A program made the translations under genes and the position numbers. 64,000 nt of DNA, taken from contig JBHLMP010000007.1 of assembly GCA_048938025.1 (NCBI GenBank), positions 19,881 to 83,880 on the forward strand, in the 5' to 3' direction. The first letter of the stretch is position 1. Every line of letters begins with the position of its first letter. This stretch comes from Promethearchaeota archaeon. GTDB taxonomy: Archaea; Asgardarchaeota; Lokiarchaeia; Sigyniarchaeales; SOKP01. The notes below the pieces were generated by a model, which worked only from the letters and a program-made list of their open reading frames with translations, did no database searches and had not been told where the DNA came from. Below are positions 48,556 through 59,082 of the stretch, one piece after another.

Positions 48556-49458
48556 TTATTCTTGGCTTTCAATTCTTTTCTTTATTTCTTGCCACATATC
48601 ATTGATGTAAGTTTTATAAATTTCAATTTCTTTGACACTTAGAGTTTTAAATCTTTTCTGTACGCTTAGATATTCCTCTATAGGTTTTCTTTTAGAAGGA
48701 TCTAGATACTTACTGCTTGGTTTTGATAAAATAAATTTGCCGTTAATCACTTCATATAAAGGCCAGAATCCAGTCTGTACGGCAAGTCTACCTATCAATA
48801 TTGTATCCTTAGGTTCATATCCCCAACCAGGTGGGCAGGGTGAAAGGATATGGAAATATTTCGTTCCAAATATATCTCTTGCCTTTTTAAATTTTTCAAA
48901 TAAATCAAGTGGATAAGATACAATACCCGTAGTCACGTAAGGAATACCATGAGCTTCTAAAATCTTTGGCATATTTTTCTTATGCCCTAATTTACCTTCA
49001 GGTGTAGTTGTAGTTCTTACTCCTAATGGTGTAGAGCCACTTCGTTGAACACCTGTATTCATATAAGCTTCATTATCATAACATGCAAAGATAAAATTTG
49101 TACCTCTTTCAGCAGCACCACTTAATGCCTGTATTCCTATATCAGTTGTCCCACCATCTCCTGCGAATGCAAGTACACAAATTTCTTCATCTAATCCCTT
49201 ATCTTCTAAGGAAGCTCTTATTCCAGAGGCAGAAGCTCCTGTTGTTGCAAAAGGTGTGTGATAAACAGATATTTTTGTTGAGCAAAAGCCTTGCATCCCA
49301 TGTAGTACTGTTAGACAAGAGGCGGGTACTGTTATTATAGTTTTAGAACCTAGTGCTTTTAGAGCAATTCTGTAAATTAGAGCCATCCCACATCCTGCAC
49401 AAGCTCGTGTACCGGGATAAATATATTCTTCTTCAGGAAGATCCATAACATTTACCAT
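48556..49458 (-). CDS. porB: Pyruvate/2-oxoacid:ferredoxin oxidoreductase beta subunit
   Basis: ACAGC, GDGGT.DIG.Q.LSG..ER, YDNEAYMNTG, SPCPPGW. Confidence 0.92.
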   Translation of the reverse strand: MVNVMDLPEEEYIYPGTRACAGCGMALIYRIALKALGSKTIITVPASCLTVLHGMQGFCSTKISVYHTPFATTGASASGIRASLEDKGLDEEICVLAFAGDGGTTDIGIQALSGAAERGTNFIFACYDNEAYMNTGVQRSGSTPLGVRTTTTPEGKLGHKKNMPKILEAHGIPYVTTGIVSYPLDLFEKFKKARDIFGTKYFHILSPCPPGWGYEPKDTILIGRLAVQTGFWPLYEVINGKFILSKPSSKYLDPSKRKPIEEYLSVQKRFKTLSVKEIEIYKTYINDMWQEIKKRIESQE

Positions 49459-49464
49459 TTTTTC

Positions 49465-50757
49465 TTATCCTCCTTTGAAATACGTTGATTCATCATAATC
49501 TTTTAATTCTTCCAAATTTAAACCTAAAAAGTCTGTTTTATTGGTAAATCCTCCTTCTTTAAATGCATCTAAAGCTTTATAAACACCAGATATAATATGT
49601 TCTGTTTTAACATCTCTTCCACCTAAACCAACAATAAATCCTTTAATATTTGGTCGATTTTTTAATCCATAAAGTGCAGCTTTTAATTCATAAGATAAAA
49701 CACCTTCATAACCATAACCTATATCTCTGTCAAATACAATGATATTTTCTTTATCTTTAAAGAATTCTCTCAATTCTTCAGCAGGATAGGGTCTAAATAA
49801 TTTTAAACTCACCAATCCAACCTTGAGTCCTTCATTTCTAAGTTTTTCAATTGCAATCCTTCCTTGAGATGCTACTGAACCTATTGCAAAGATTATAGTA
49901 TTTGCATCGTTTGTATCAACTGTTTTATAAATTCCATTTCCATAAGATCTGCCAAATTTCCTGAAATATTCATCATGAACTTCTTTAATTATATTAATTG
50001 AATTTTCTAAAGCTTTTTGCAAAGTATATCGATATTCATAATATCCTGGCGCGGTTCCTTCCGCTCGTTTGATAATATTAGGAGTTGTAACGGGATCAAT
50101 CCCCTTTACATTTGATATATCCGATAAATTGATATGATGTTTAAGAGGTGGTAAGAACCCATCAATATCTTCTTGATTCTCTAATTTAACAGGCATCATT
50201 GTATGACTAAGTATATATCCATCATATGCAACTATAGCGGGTAGAAAAACACGGGGATCCTCAGCAATTTTAAAAGCTTGGAGATTGGTGTCATAGATTT
50301 CTTGATTATTTTCGCATATAAATTGAATCCATCCAACATCTCTTATCGTTATAAAATCTTGATGATCAGTCCAAACACTCCAAGGGGCACCTAAGGATCT
50401 AGTTGCTAAATTAATAATTATAGGTAATCTATTTCCTGAAGCCCAGGGTAGCATTTCATACATAAATTCTAACCCATGAGCAGACGTTGCTGTGCCAACT
50501 CTAGAGCCTGTAGCAGAAGCAGCACAACATACTGCAAGTGCGGAATGCTCAGACTCGACTTTTACAAACCTAGCTTTCAATTTTCCTTCTGAAACAAATT
50601 CAGCGATTTTTTCTACTACAGGACTTTGAGGTGTTATTGGATATGCTGAGATAACGCCAACTTTTGCTTGTCTAAAAGCATGCGCAGCGGCATGATTACC
50701 TGTTAAAATCATTAAGTTTTCATCAGTAAGTTCTTCTTTCTCATTAGATACAGTCAC
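49465..50757 (-). CDS. porA: Pyruvate/2-oxoacid:ferredoxin oxidoreductase alpha subunit
   Basis: GN.A.A, AYPITP, VESEHSA, DG..LSH, FRP.P, GLGGRD. Confidence 0.92.
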   Translation of the reverse strand: MTVSNEKEELTDENLMILTGNHAAAHAFRQAKVGVISAYPITPQSPVVEKIAEFVSEGKLKARFVKVESEHSALAVCCAASATGSRVGTATSAHGLEFMYEMLPWASGNRLPIIINLATRSLGAPWSVWTDHQDFITIRDVGWIQFICENNQEIYDTNLQAFKIAEDPRVFLPAIVAYDGYILSHTMMPVKLENQEDIDGFLPPLKHHINLSDISNVKGIDPVTTPNIIKRAEGTAPGYYEYRYTLQKALENSINIIKEVHDEYFRKFGRSYGNGIYKTVDTNDANTIIFAIGSVASQGRIAIEKLRNEGLKVGLVSLKLFRPYPAEELREFFKDKENIIVFDRDIGYGYEGVLSYELKAALYGLKNRPNIKGFIVGLGGRDVKTEHIISGVYKALDAFKEGGFTNKTDFLGLNLEELKDYDESTYFKGG

Positions 50758-51053
50758 TCATATTTCACCTCTTCCATTGAAATAGCTTTTACTGGACATT
50801 CCTCCATACAGATTCCACATCCCTTACAATAATCTAAGTCAATTTTAGGAGGAATTACTCTTGATATCACTGCTTCAGGGCAATATAACCAACAAGTAAA
50901 ACAACTGGGTTTTCCAGATTTTGCGGGGATGCATTTACTTAAATCAATTACAGGTATCCATTTTGCCCATGAACCAGTTTTACCAGCTTCTCCTTTAACA
51001 GGTTTTTGGACAGAACCAAGAATTTTTTGATAGTCTTTTTTTGATTCATTCAT
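50754..51053 (-). CDS. porD: Pyruvate/2-oxoacid:ferredoxin oxidoreductase delta subunit
   Basis: KTGSW...PVID, C..CW.YCPE, DYCKGCGIC..ECP; overlaps porA by 4 nt. Confidence 0.92.
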   Translation of the reverse strand: MNESKKDYQKILGSVQKPVKGEAGKTGSWAKWIPVIDLSKCIPAKSGKPSCFTCWLYCPEAVISRVIPPKIDLDYCKGCGICMEECPVKAISMEEVKYE

Positions 51054-51330
51054 AAAAACACCAAATTTAGATTAAATTTAAAGCCTTGTATAAAATCAAA
51101 CGCAAATAAATTTTTAATTCTTACCATTTAGAATAAAAACGAATAAGGCTAAATTTTAATTAAATTATTAGTTTTTCGGTTAATACTAGATTAATTTTCT
51201 TATGGGAAAAATAAAGACATAAATATTACTTATTTTATTATTCACTTTAGATAACGTATTAGGCTCCTAAAATAGTAGTATAATTTTTTAAATTTTTAAC
51301 ATATGGAGAAATATTGAAAAATAACAGTAG

Positions 51331-54300
51331 TTGAGGTTAACGTTGGACACTTCACCCGATACGCTTAAATTAATTACTGAAATGGAAAAATATAAGAGTA
51401 TAATTGATAACATAAAAGAATGCTATTTCGAAGTTGATCTAAAAGGTAATTTTACATTTTTCAATGACTCTGTATTGAAACTTTTGGATTATTCGCAAGA
51501 TGAACTTTTAGGATTAAATTATAAGTATCTTGCAGATGAAGAAACCAGAGGTAAAGTCTTTAAAGGATTTAATATGGTTTATGAAACTGGTAAGCCACTA
51601 ACAGATTTTCAATACCAATTTAGAAACAAAAAAGGTGAGAAAATAGTTGGTGAAACATCTGTATATTTAAAATATGATGCGAAAGGAAATAAAATTGGTT
51701 TCTGTGGTTTATTTCGCGATATAACTAAAAGAAAGGAAGAAGAGCAAATATTTAAAGAAGAATTAGAAAATAAAGTACGTTTAAGGACTAAAGAATTAAG
51801 AGAATCCGAAGAAAAGTATAGTAATCTTTTCCACCATTCTAATGATGCTATTTTTTTACATGATTTGAATGGAACGATTATAGATGTTAATCAAAGAGTA
51901 TTGGAACAATTCGGATATACTAGATCAGAGATTCTAAAACTTAAAATTCCAGACCTTCATCCAATAGAGGAACATGAATCATCTAAGAAAGCATTCGAAG
52001 AAGTTTCAAATAAAGGAGTTGTAAGATTTGAAATTAACTTTAAAAAGAAAAGCGGAGAAAAATTTTTAGCTGAAGTGTCATCCAGTTTATTTGATATAGG
52101 CGGAAAAAAAGTTATTCAAGGTATTGTAAGAGATATAACTGAACGTGTTTTAACAGAACAAAAATTAAGAATATCGGAAGAAAAGTATCGACTTATTACT
52201 GAAAATGCTAATGATATGATAGCTATTATTAATAAGCAATTTAAATTAGAATTTACTAATGAAAATACAGTTAAAAAGAAATTAGGATATTCAAATGATG
52301 AGATATTAGATAAATATATATTGGATTTTGTACATCCTGATGATATTCAAAAAGCAATTAAATCATATAAAGTAGGAGAAAAGAAAGGTGAAAATGTAGC
52401 AGATTTACGATTCAAACATAAGGATGGTAATTATATATGGTTAGAAATTACAGGAAAAAGATTTGTAACTCCAGATGGAGAATATAAAGGTATCCTAATT
52501 TCAAGGATCATTACTGAAAAAAAAGAAATAGAAAACAAATTAAAAGAATCAGAGGAAAAGTATAGATTGATTTCAGAAAATGCTAATGATTTAATTAGTA
52601 TTACAGATGATAAGATGAATTTAGAATATGTTAATGAACAAGTTCATAATAAAATAATGGGATATCTTAAGGAAGATCTTATAGGAATAAATGGTATAGA
52701 ACTAATTCATCCTGAAGATCGTGAAAATGTATTACAGGTATTTAAATTAGTCTTAATATCAGGAGAAGGATATGTAGAAGCAAGAATTAAACATAAAGAT
52801 GGTCATTATTTATGGACTGGAACCAATGGTTCAGTATATATTGACAGAAATGGGAAGCCAAAGGTTCTTTTAATTACGAGAGACATAACCGAACGTAAGT
52901 TGGCTGAGCAGAAATTAAAGGATTCTGAAGAAAAACACCGAAACATGATTAATAATCTTGATTTAGGATTTTATCAGTTAAGTTGGGATGGAATATTATT
53001 AAATCATAATCCAGCTTTTAGCAAAATATTAGGGTTCCATCCATCTGAAAATTTAATCGATAAGAACATCCATGATTTTTGGCAAAATCCTGAAGAACGG
53101 ATAACATATTTAGATGAATTAAAAAAGTTAGGCTATGTTAAGAATTATTTAGTTCATGCAAAAAAGAAAAACGATGAAAAAATAGTTTTACACCTCAATT
53201 CTCATATTTTGGAAAAAACTAAAGGGAGTCCCAATATAATTCAAGGATTAATAACAGATATTACAGAAAAATTCAAATTAGAACAGAAATTAAAGGAATC
53301 CGAGCAAAGATATCGAAATCTTTTTGAATCTATGCCTTTTTCTATAGCACTTCTTGATCAAAAAGGAAGGGTGATTTATACTAATCCTGCTTCTGAAAAA
53401 TTATTTGGATATAGTATGGAAGATTTACTTGGTGAAGAGTTTAGAAATCTTTCAATCATTCATCCTCAATATTTACCTCTAATGTTAAAAAGATTTAAAA
53501 AGACCCTTAAAGGTGAAAATCTATCGCCAATAGAGATTCAAATATATAAGAAAAATGGTAATTTAACTTGGATAAACTATCAGACATCATTAGTAAATCT
53601 AGGTAATGAATCATTGATGCAAGTTATTATAAATGATATTTCAGAGCAAAAAAAAGCTGAACTTCTTATCAAAGAAGAAGTGAAAAAGTTAAAAGAATTA
53701 GATCAAATCAGGAAAGATCTTATTTCTAGAGTCTCCCACGAGTTAAAAACACCACTCGTATCTGTGTGCGGAGGATCTGAACTTATTTTGGAAATATATA
53801 AAGGAAATTTGGATTCAGATGTTTTAGAGTTATTAGAACTCATAGAAAAGGGTGGAAAGCGCTTAAAATATTTGGTTGATAATCTACTTGATATAACTCG
53901 AATAGAATATAATAAACTCAAACTAAATAAAGAATTAAGTGATTTGAGTAAAATTATTAAAGATTGCGTTAAAGAATTACAATATTTAGCCAGACAAAGA
54001 GAATTAAATTTGGATTTAAAATTAGTAGATCACTTATATTTAGAGATAGATAAAATTAGATTAGAACAGGTAATTATTAATTTATTATCAAATGCCATAA
54101 AAAATACCCCACCTTTGGGAAATATAACAATAAAATTACAAAAAAAGGAAGATTGGGCAGAAATCTCAGTTAAAGATACAGGGATTGGATTAACGAAAGG
54201 AGAAATGGATATCCTATTCACAAGATTTGGCAAAATTGAACGATATGGAGAAGGGTTAGAATATATAGATATTCAAGGTTCTGGATTAGGGTTATATATC

Positions 54301-54399
54301 TCTAAAGAAATTGTTGATTTACATGGCGGCCAGATAAGGGCAGAATCAGCAGGAAGGAATAAGGGAAGTACATTTATTGTGAAATTACCAATTAATTAA
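51331..54399 (+). CDS. Soluble histidine kinase with six PAS domains
   Basis: Six PAS/PAC units with SEEKYR-type linkers; H-box SHELKTPL, N-box NLLSNAIK, DTGIG, GSGLGL. Confidence 0.93.
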   Translation: MRLTLDTSPDTLKLITEMEKYKSIIDNIKECYFEVDLKGNFTFFNDSVLKLLDYSQDELLGLNYKYLADEETRGKVFKGFNMVYETGKPLTDFQYQFRNKKGEKIVGETSVYLKYDAKGNKIGFCGLFRDITKRKEEEQIFKEELENKVRLRTKELRESEEKYSNLFHHSNDAIFLHDLNGTIIDVNQRVLEQFGYTRSEILKLKIPDLHPIEEHESSKKAFEEVSNKGVVRFEINFKKKSGEKFLAEVSSSLFDIGGKKVIQGIVRDITERVLTEQKLRISEEKYRLITENANDMIAIINKQFKLEFTNENTVKKKLGYSNDEILDKYILDFVHPDDIQKAIKSYKVGEKKGENVADLRFKHKDGNYIWLEITGKRFVTPDGEYKGILISRIITEKKEIENKLKESEEKYRLISENANDLISITDDKMNLEYVNEQVHNKIMGYLKEDLIGINGIELIHPEDRENVLQVFKLVLISGEGYVEARIKHKDGHYLWTGTNGSVYIDRNGKPKVLLITRDITERKLAEQKLKDSEEKHRNMINNLDLGFYQLSWDGILLNHNPAFSKILGFHPSENLIDKNIHDFWQNPEERITYLDELKKLGYVKNYLVHAKKKNDEKIVLHLNSHILEKTKGSPNIIQGLITDITEKFKLEQKLKESEQRYRNLFESMPFSIALLDQKGRVIYTNPASEKLFGYSMEDLLGEEFRNLSIIHPQYLPLMLKRFKKTLKGENLSPIEIQIYKKNGNLTWINYQTSLVNLGNESLMQVIINDISEQKKAELLIKEEVKKLKELDQIRKDLISRVSHELKTPLVSVCGGSELILEIYKGNLDSDVLELLELIEKGGKRLKYLVDNLLDITRIEYNKLKLNKELSDLSKIIKDCVKELQYLARQRELNLDLKLVDHLYLEIDKIRLEQVIINLLSNAIKNTPPLGNITIKLQKKEDWAEISVKDTGIGLTKGEMDILFTRFGKIERYGEGLEYIDIQGSGLGLYISKEIVDLHGGQIRAESAGRNKGSTFIVKLPIN

Positions 54400-54452
54400 T
54401 TTATAATAAATAATTAAAAATTTTTTTATTTAAGTACAATTTATAGAAAAAA

Positions 54453-56708
54453 ATGAAGTATAACAAGGAAGAAATAAGAGAAAAGTTTAAAGATCTATTT
54501 GAAAATTCTTTAGATTTAATTTATGTTAATGATCTAAAAGGTAATATTCTTGATGCTAATGATATTGCTTTAAAGTCTCTTGGATATAAAAAGGAAGAAA
54601 TGTTAGACATTTCTTTCATAAATTTAGTTGATCAAGAGAATTTGCTTAAAGCAATAAAGGTAACTAAAGAAATAGTGGAAAAAGGAAGGCAAACAGAACG
54701 TAGTGAATATAAACTTAAAAAAAAGGATGGGAATTTTATTTATATTGAGACATATGCAATTCCTTTAAAAAAGAATGATAAAATTTATGCGATTTTAGGA
54801 ATTGGAACTGATATTACTGAACGTAAAATTGCTGAGCAAAAGCTAAAAGAATCCAAAGAAAAGTATCGACATCTATTTGAAAATTCTCCTGATTTTGTAG
54901 GGTTAGTAGATTTAAAAGGAAATTTGATAGACTGTAATAATCGAGTTGAAGATTTTCTTTCAATCCATAAGAAAGAAGATATTATTGGAAAAAATTTCAA
55001 AGAAATTTTCTCAATTAATGAAAAAAACAAGTATGCTATACCTCTATTTGAAGAAATTTATAAAAATATACTTAAAGGTGAAATTCCAGAACCTATTGAA
55101 TTTAAATTATATAGAACAATAGGGAGATTTTTATGGCTAAATCTCCGAGGTTCTTTAATAGATATTGAAGGAAAAAAATTAATTCAATTTATAATTCAAA
55201 ATATTACAGAGAAAAAAGAAGCAGTCCAAAAATTAAAAGATTCCGAAGAAAAGTACAAGAACTTAGTAGAAAATGGTCAAGAAGGTGTTTGGGCAGTGGA
55301 TGAAAATGATAATACAATCTTTGTAAATCCAAAAATATGTGAAATGCTTGGATATAATAAAAATGAAATGATGGGTAAAAATTTAGATTTATTTTTAGAG
55401 GACTCAATGATGGAATTGATCAATAGCTACCGAAAACGTAGAGAAAAAGGTTTGAAAGATACTTATGAACTTGAATTCTTAAAAAAGGATGGAACTATAA
55501 TACAGACAAGTGTAAAAGCTGCTCCAATCTTAAAAGAAAATGGAGAGTTTAAAGGTTCATTTGCATATATTAATGATATTTCAAATAAAAAAATAGCGGA
55601 AAAAAAATTAAGAGAATCTGAAAAAAAATTCAGATCAATTTTTGAAGCTATACCAGATCTCTATTTTCTCGTTGATAATAATACAACAATCTTAGATTAT
55701 AAAGGGAAAGAGGAAGATTTATATTTACCTCCAGATCTATTTCTTGGAAAAAAATTAACAGATGTTATACCTATAGAAATAAAAGATTTATCACTAAATG
55801 CTGTAAAGAACACTATAAAAACACAAAAACCACAATTGATGGAATATGCTCTTCCTATAAAAGATATAACTCGATATTTTGAAGCTCGTCATCTTTTTTT
55901 CTCTGAAGAACGTGTTGGTATATTTATACGGGAAATTACAGATCGGAAAAAAGCTGAATTTCTCATCAAAGAAGAAGTTAATAAATTGAAAGAATTAGAT
56001 CAAATTAGAAAAGATCTTATTTCTAGAGTCTCGCATGAGTTAAAAACACCACTTGTTTCTGTTATCGGCGGATCCGAACTTCTTCTTAATAATTATAAAG
56101 AAAAAATGAAGGATGAAGAATTAGAGCTATTAGAGATTATTCAAAAAGGAGGGAAAAGATTAAAGCACCTTATTGAAAATCTACTTGATATTACTCGAAT
56201 AGAATATAATAAATTTAATTTAGAAAAAAAAGAAGACGATCTAAGCGAAATTATTAAAGATATATCAAATGAAATGAAGTATTTACTAAAGGAACGTAAT
56301 ATCATATTAAATATAGAACAACCTGAGAGCTTGCGCTTATATATAGATAGGATTAGAATTGAACAAGTTATAACAAACTTATTGTTAAATGCTATCAAAA
56401 ATACTCCAGCTATGGGAAATATAACGCTAAAATTACAAAAAAATAAAGATTGGGCAGAAATTTTGGTAAGTGATACTGGAGTAGGGTTAACTAAAGAAGA
56501 AATGAATATTATTTTTACTAGATTTGGAAAGATAGAAAGATATGGACAAGGTTTGGAATATATTGATATTCAAGGTTCTGGACTAGGATTATTTATATCA
56601 AAAGAAATTGTTGATTTACATGGGGGTTATATTAGAGCAGAGTCAGAAGGTAGAAATAAAGGGAGTACTTTTATAGTAAAATTACCAATTCAAAATAGGT
56701 ATAAATGA
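54453..56708 (+). CDS. Soluble histidine kinase with four PAS domains
   Basis: Four PAS units plus the same transmitter motifs. Confidence 0.93.
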   Translation: MKYNKEEIREKFKDLFENSLDLIYVNDLKGNILDANDIALKSLGYKKEEMLDISFINLVDQENLLKAIKVTKEIVEKGRQTERSEYKLKKKDGNFIYIETYAIPLKKNDKIYAILGIGTDITERKIAEQKLKESKEKYRHLFENSPDFVGLVDLKGNLIDCNNRVEDFLSIHKKEDIIGKNFKEIFSINEKNKYAIPLFEEIYKNILKGEIPEPIEFKLYRTIGRFLWLNLRGSLIDIEGKKLIQFIIQNITEKKEAVQKLKDSEEKYKNLVENGQEGVWAVDENDNTIFVNPKICEMLGYNKNEMMGKNLDLFLEDSMMELINSYRKRREKGLKDTYELEFLKKDGTIIQTSVKAAPILKENGEFKGSFAYINDISNKKIAEKKLRESEKKFRSIFEAIPDLYFLVDNNTTILDYKGKEEDLYLPPDLFLGKKLTDVIPIEIKDLSLNAVKNTIKTQKPQLMEYALPIKDITRYFEARHLFFSEERVGIFIREITDRKKAEFLIKEEVNKLKELDQIRKDLISRVSHELKTPLVSVIGGSELLLNNYKEKMKDEELELLEIIQKGGKRLKHLIENLLDITRIEYNKFNLEKKEDDLSEIIKDISNEMKYLLKERNIILNIEQPESLRLYIDRIRIEQVITNLLLNAIKNTPAMGNITLKLQKNKDWAEILVSDTGVGLTKEEMNIIFTRFGKIERYGQGLEYIDIQGSGLGLFISKEIVDLHGGYIRAESEGRNKGSTFIVKLPIQNRYK

Positions 56709-56746
56709 ATTTTATATTTATTATAGAACTGATTTGAAGTTTAAAA

Positions 56747-58258
56747 ATGAAATATAATAGAGAGAATATCGAAGAGAAATACCAAGATTTATTTGAATAT
56801 TCTCTAGATATGATTTATGTTAATGATCTAAAAGGAAATTTTCTTGATGCTAATGATATTGCATTAAAGAAGCTAGGATTTAACCGAGAAGATATTCCTG
56901 ATCTTTCATTTATAGATTTAATTGACAAGGAGGATTTAATAAAGGCTTTAAAAGTTGTAAAGGAAATAAAAGAAACTGGAAAACAATCGAAACATCGACA
57001 ATATAAACTCAAAACTAAAGAATGTGGTTTCATCTATGTAGAAACCTTTGCTATACCTTTAAGAAAAAAGGGTAAGATTTACGCCGTTTTAGGGATTGCA
57101 AATGATATTACAGAGAGTAAGTTAGGAGAACAAAAACTAAAGGATTCAGAAGAGAAGTACCGAATTCTTTTTGAAGATTCACCATTTTCTATCGTTTTAA
57201 TTGACTCAAAAGGAAATATTATTGATTGTAATCCAGCAACAGAAGAACTATTAGGATATAAGAAAGAAGAAGTAATACGTAAAAAATTTATGAATCTTGA
57301 AATATTCCCAACTGATTTTCTACCTGTTATTCTTGATCTTTTTACAAGATTTTTAAAAGGAGAAGAATTGCATCGAATGGATGTAAAAATGTATAAGAAA
57401 GATGGAGGTTTGATCTGGGCAAATCTGCAAGCTTCTTTAGTAAAATTAGATGGTGAAACATTTGTACAAGCAATATTTCATGATATCACGAATCAAAAAA
57501 AAGCTAACTTGCTTATTAAAGAAGAAATTAAAAAATTAAAAGAATTAGATCAAATTAGAAAAGATCTTATTTCCAGAGTTTCCCATGAGTTAAAAACTCC
57601 TCTGGTATCTATATATGGAGGATCTGAACTTCTGTTAAGAGTTTTTAAAGATCGATTAGATATAGATAAGATAGAATTAATAGAATTAATTCAAAAAGGA
57701 GGCAAAAGGTTAAAACATTTAGTTAATAATTTACTTGATATTACTCGAATAGAATATGATAAATTCAAATTAGAAAAGGAAAAATATAATTTAAGTGAAA
57801 TAATTAAAGAAATCTCAAAAGAAATGAGATATTTAATAAAAGAAAGGAATCTTGTATTAAATTTAGAATTATCAGATGAATTATATTTGGAATTAGATAG
57901 AATTAGAATTGAACAAGTTCTTACAAACTTATTGTTAAATGCTATAAAAAATACTCCACCTTGGGGAAATATAAAGATAAAATTACAAAAAAAGGAAGAT
58001 TGGGCAGAATTTTCAGTTAAAGATACAGGAGTTGGATTAACTAAAGAAGAAATGAATCTTATTTTCACTAGATTTGGAAAGATAGAAAGATATGGAGAAG
58101 GGTTAGAATATATAGATATTCAAGGTTCTGGACTTGGATTATTTATATCAAAAGAGATAGTTGATTTACATAAGGGTTATATTAGGGCAGAATCAGAAGG
58201 TAGAAATAAAGGAAGCACCTTTATAGTACAACTACCAATTCAAAATAGACATAAATGA
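56747..58258 (+). CDS. Soluble histidine kinase with two PAS domains
   Basis: Two PAS units plus the same transmitter motifs. Confidence 0.93.
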   Translation: MKYNRENIEEKYQDLFEYSLDMIYVNDLKGNFLDANDIALKKLGFNREDIPDLSFIDLIDKEDLIKALKVVKEIKETGKQSKHRQYKLKTKECGFIYVETFAIPLRKKGKIYAVLGIANDITESKLGEQKLKDSEEKYRILFEDSPFSIVLIDSKGNIIDCNPATEELLGYKKEEVIRKKFMNLEIFPTDFLPVILDLFTRFLKGEELHRMDVKMYKKDGGLIWANLQASLVKLDGETFVQAIFHDITNQKKANLLIKEEIKKLKELDQIRKDLISRVSHELKTPLVSIYGGSELLLRVFKDRLDIDKIELIELIQKGGKRLKHLVNNLLDITRIEYDKFKLEKEKYNLSEIIKEISKEMRYLIKERNLVLNLELSDELYLELDRIRIEQVLTNLLLNAIKNTPPWGNIKIKLQKKEDWAEFSVKDTGVGLTKEEMNLIFTRFGKIERYGEGLEYIDIQGSGLGLFISKEIVDLHKGYIRAESEGRNKGSTFIVQLPIQNRHK

Positions 58259-58270
58259 ATTTTTTATTCG

Positions 58271-58855
58271 TTATAAAATCTTAGCAAGATTAAATCCCTG
58301 TTCAATCAGTTCAATATTTTGATGGGCTAAATTCTCCCCCATTCTTTTTGAAATTACTCTTTTAAGGTTTTCTAAGCTTAATTCTGGAAGAACTTTTGAA
58401 AGTAAACCTAATATTGGAGTATTGATTACAGGAACTCCGTCAATAGTAAGATCTTTTTCTAGAGATAATTTGCTTATGTCAGCTAGAACTAATTTAACAC
58501 CTTTAAGGTTAAATTTTTTAACGAAATAATCAGGATCTTTTTCAGAGTTTATTATAAAAATTCCCCCTTCTTTAATAGATGATGCGATTTCTTGATTTAA
58601 TACTGTCTCATCAAAAACAATTAAAACATTTGGATTTTCAATCTGAGCACGATCCCATATAATTTCAGTTCTAGAGAGTTTAGCATATGCCTGAACAGGC
58701 GCGCCTCTTCTTTCTGCCCCAAAAGAAGGATAGGCATGAACATCAACAAAACTACCACTCATAAATGCTGCTTCTGCTATTATCTCACAGGCGGTAACAG
58801 CTCCCTGTCCGCCTCTTCCATGTATAATAATTTCTACATTCTCTTTTTCAATCAT
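58271..58855 (-). CDS. porG: Pyruvate/2-oxoacid:ferredoxin oxidoreductase gamma subunit
   Basis: HGRGGQGAVTA, PSFGAERRGAPV, INT..LG. Confidence 0.93.
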   Translation of the reverse strand: MIEKENVEIIIHGRGGQGAVTACEIIAEAAFMSGSFVDVHAYPSFGAERRGAPVQAYAKLSRTEIIWDRAQIENPNVLIVFDETVLNQEIASSIKEGGIFIINSEKDPDYFVKKFNLKGVKLVLADISKLSLEKDLTIDGVPVINTPILGLLSKVLPELSLENLKRVISKRMGENLAHQNIELIEQGFNLAKIL

Positions 58856-59082
58856 AGAAAAACCTAATTACAAGAATTAATTATTGATCATTACTAGAAT
58901 AACAGAATTGATATTTTTTAATATGAATTATATGCAAAAATTAAAAACTTTACCTTGTTTTGAATAATATGAACTACATTTTTTCCCCGATTTAACCTTT
59001 GAAAATTTTAACTAAATATTAATAATGATAAAAAATCAAATCATATTATAATGGATTTACATAAAAAACAAGACTTTATATT

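Larger units (their letters stand above)
53650..58258 (+). repeat. Three diverged direct copies of the kinase transmitter coding region (about 53650-54399, 55950-56708, 57500-58258)
   Basis: Shared blocks such as KELDQIRKDLISRVSHELKTPLVS and FTRFGKIERYG.GLEYIDIQGSGLGL, with visible nucleotide identity. Confidence 0.85.

Noticed and set aside
51138-58272. 9-bp inverted repeat AACGAATAA/TTATTCGTT as transposon ends around the kinase array
   Set aside because: Too short and AT-rich, and no transposase is present.
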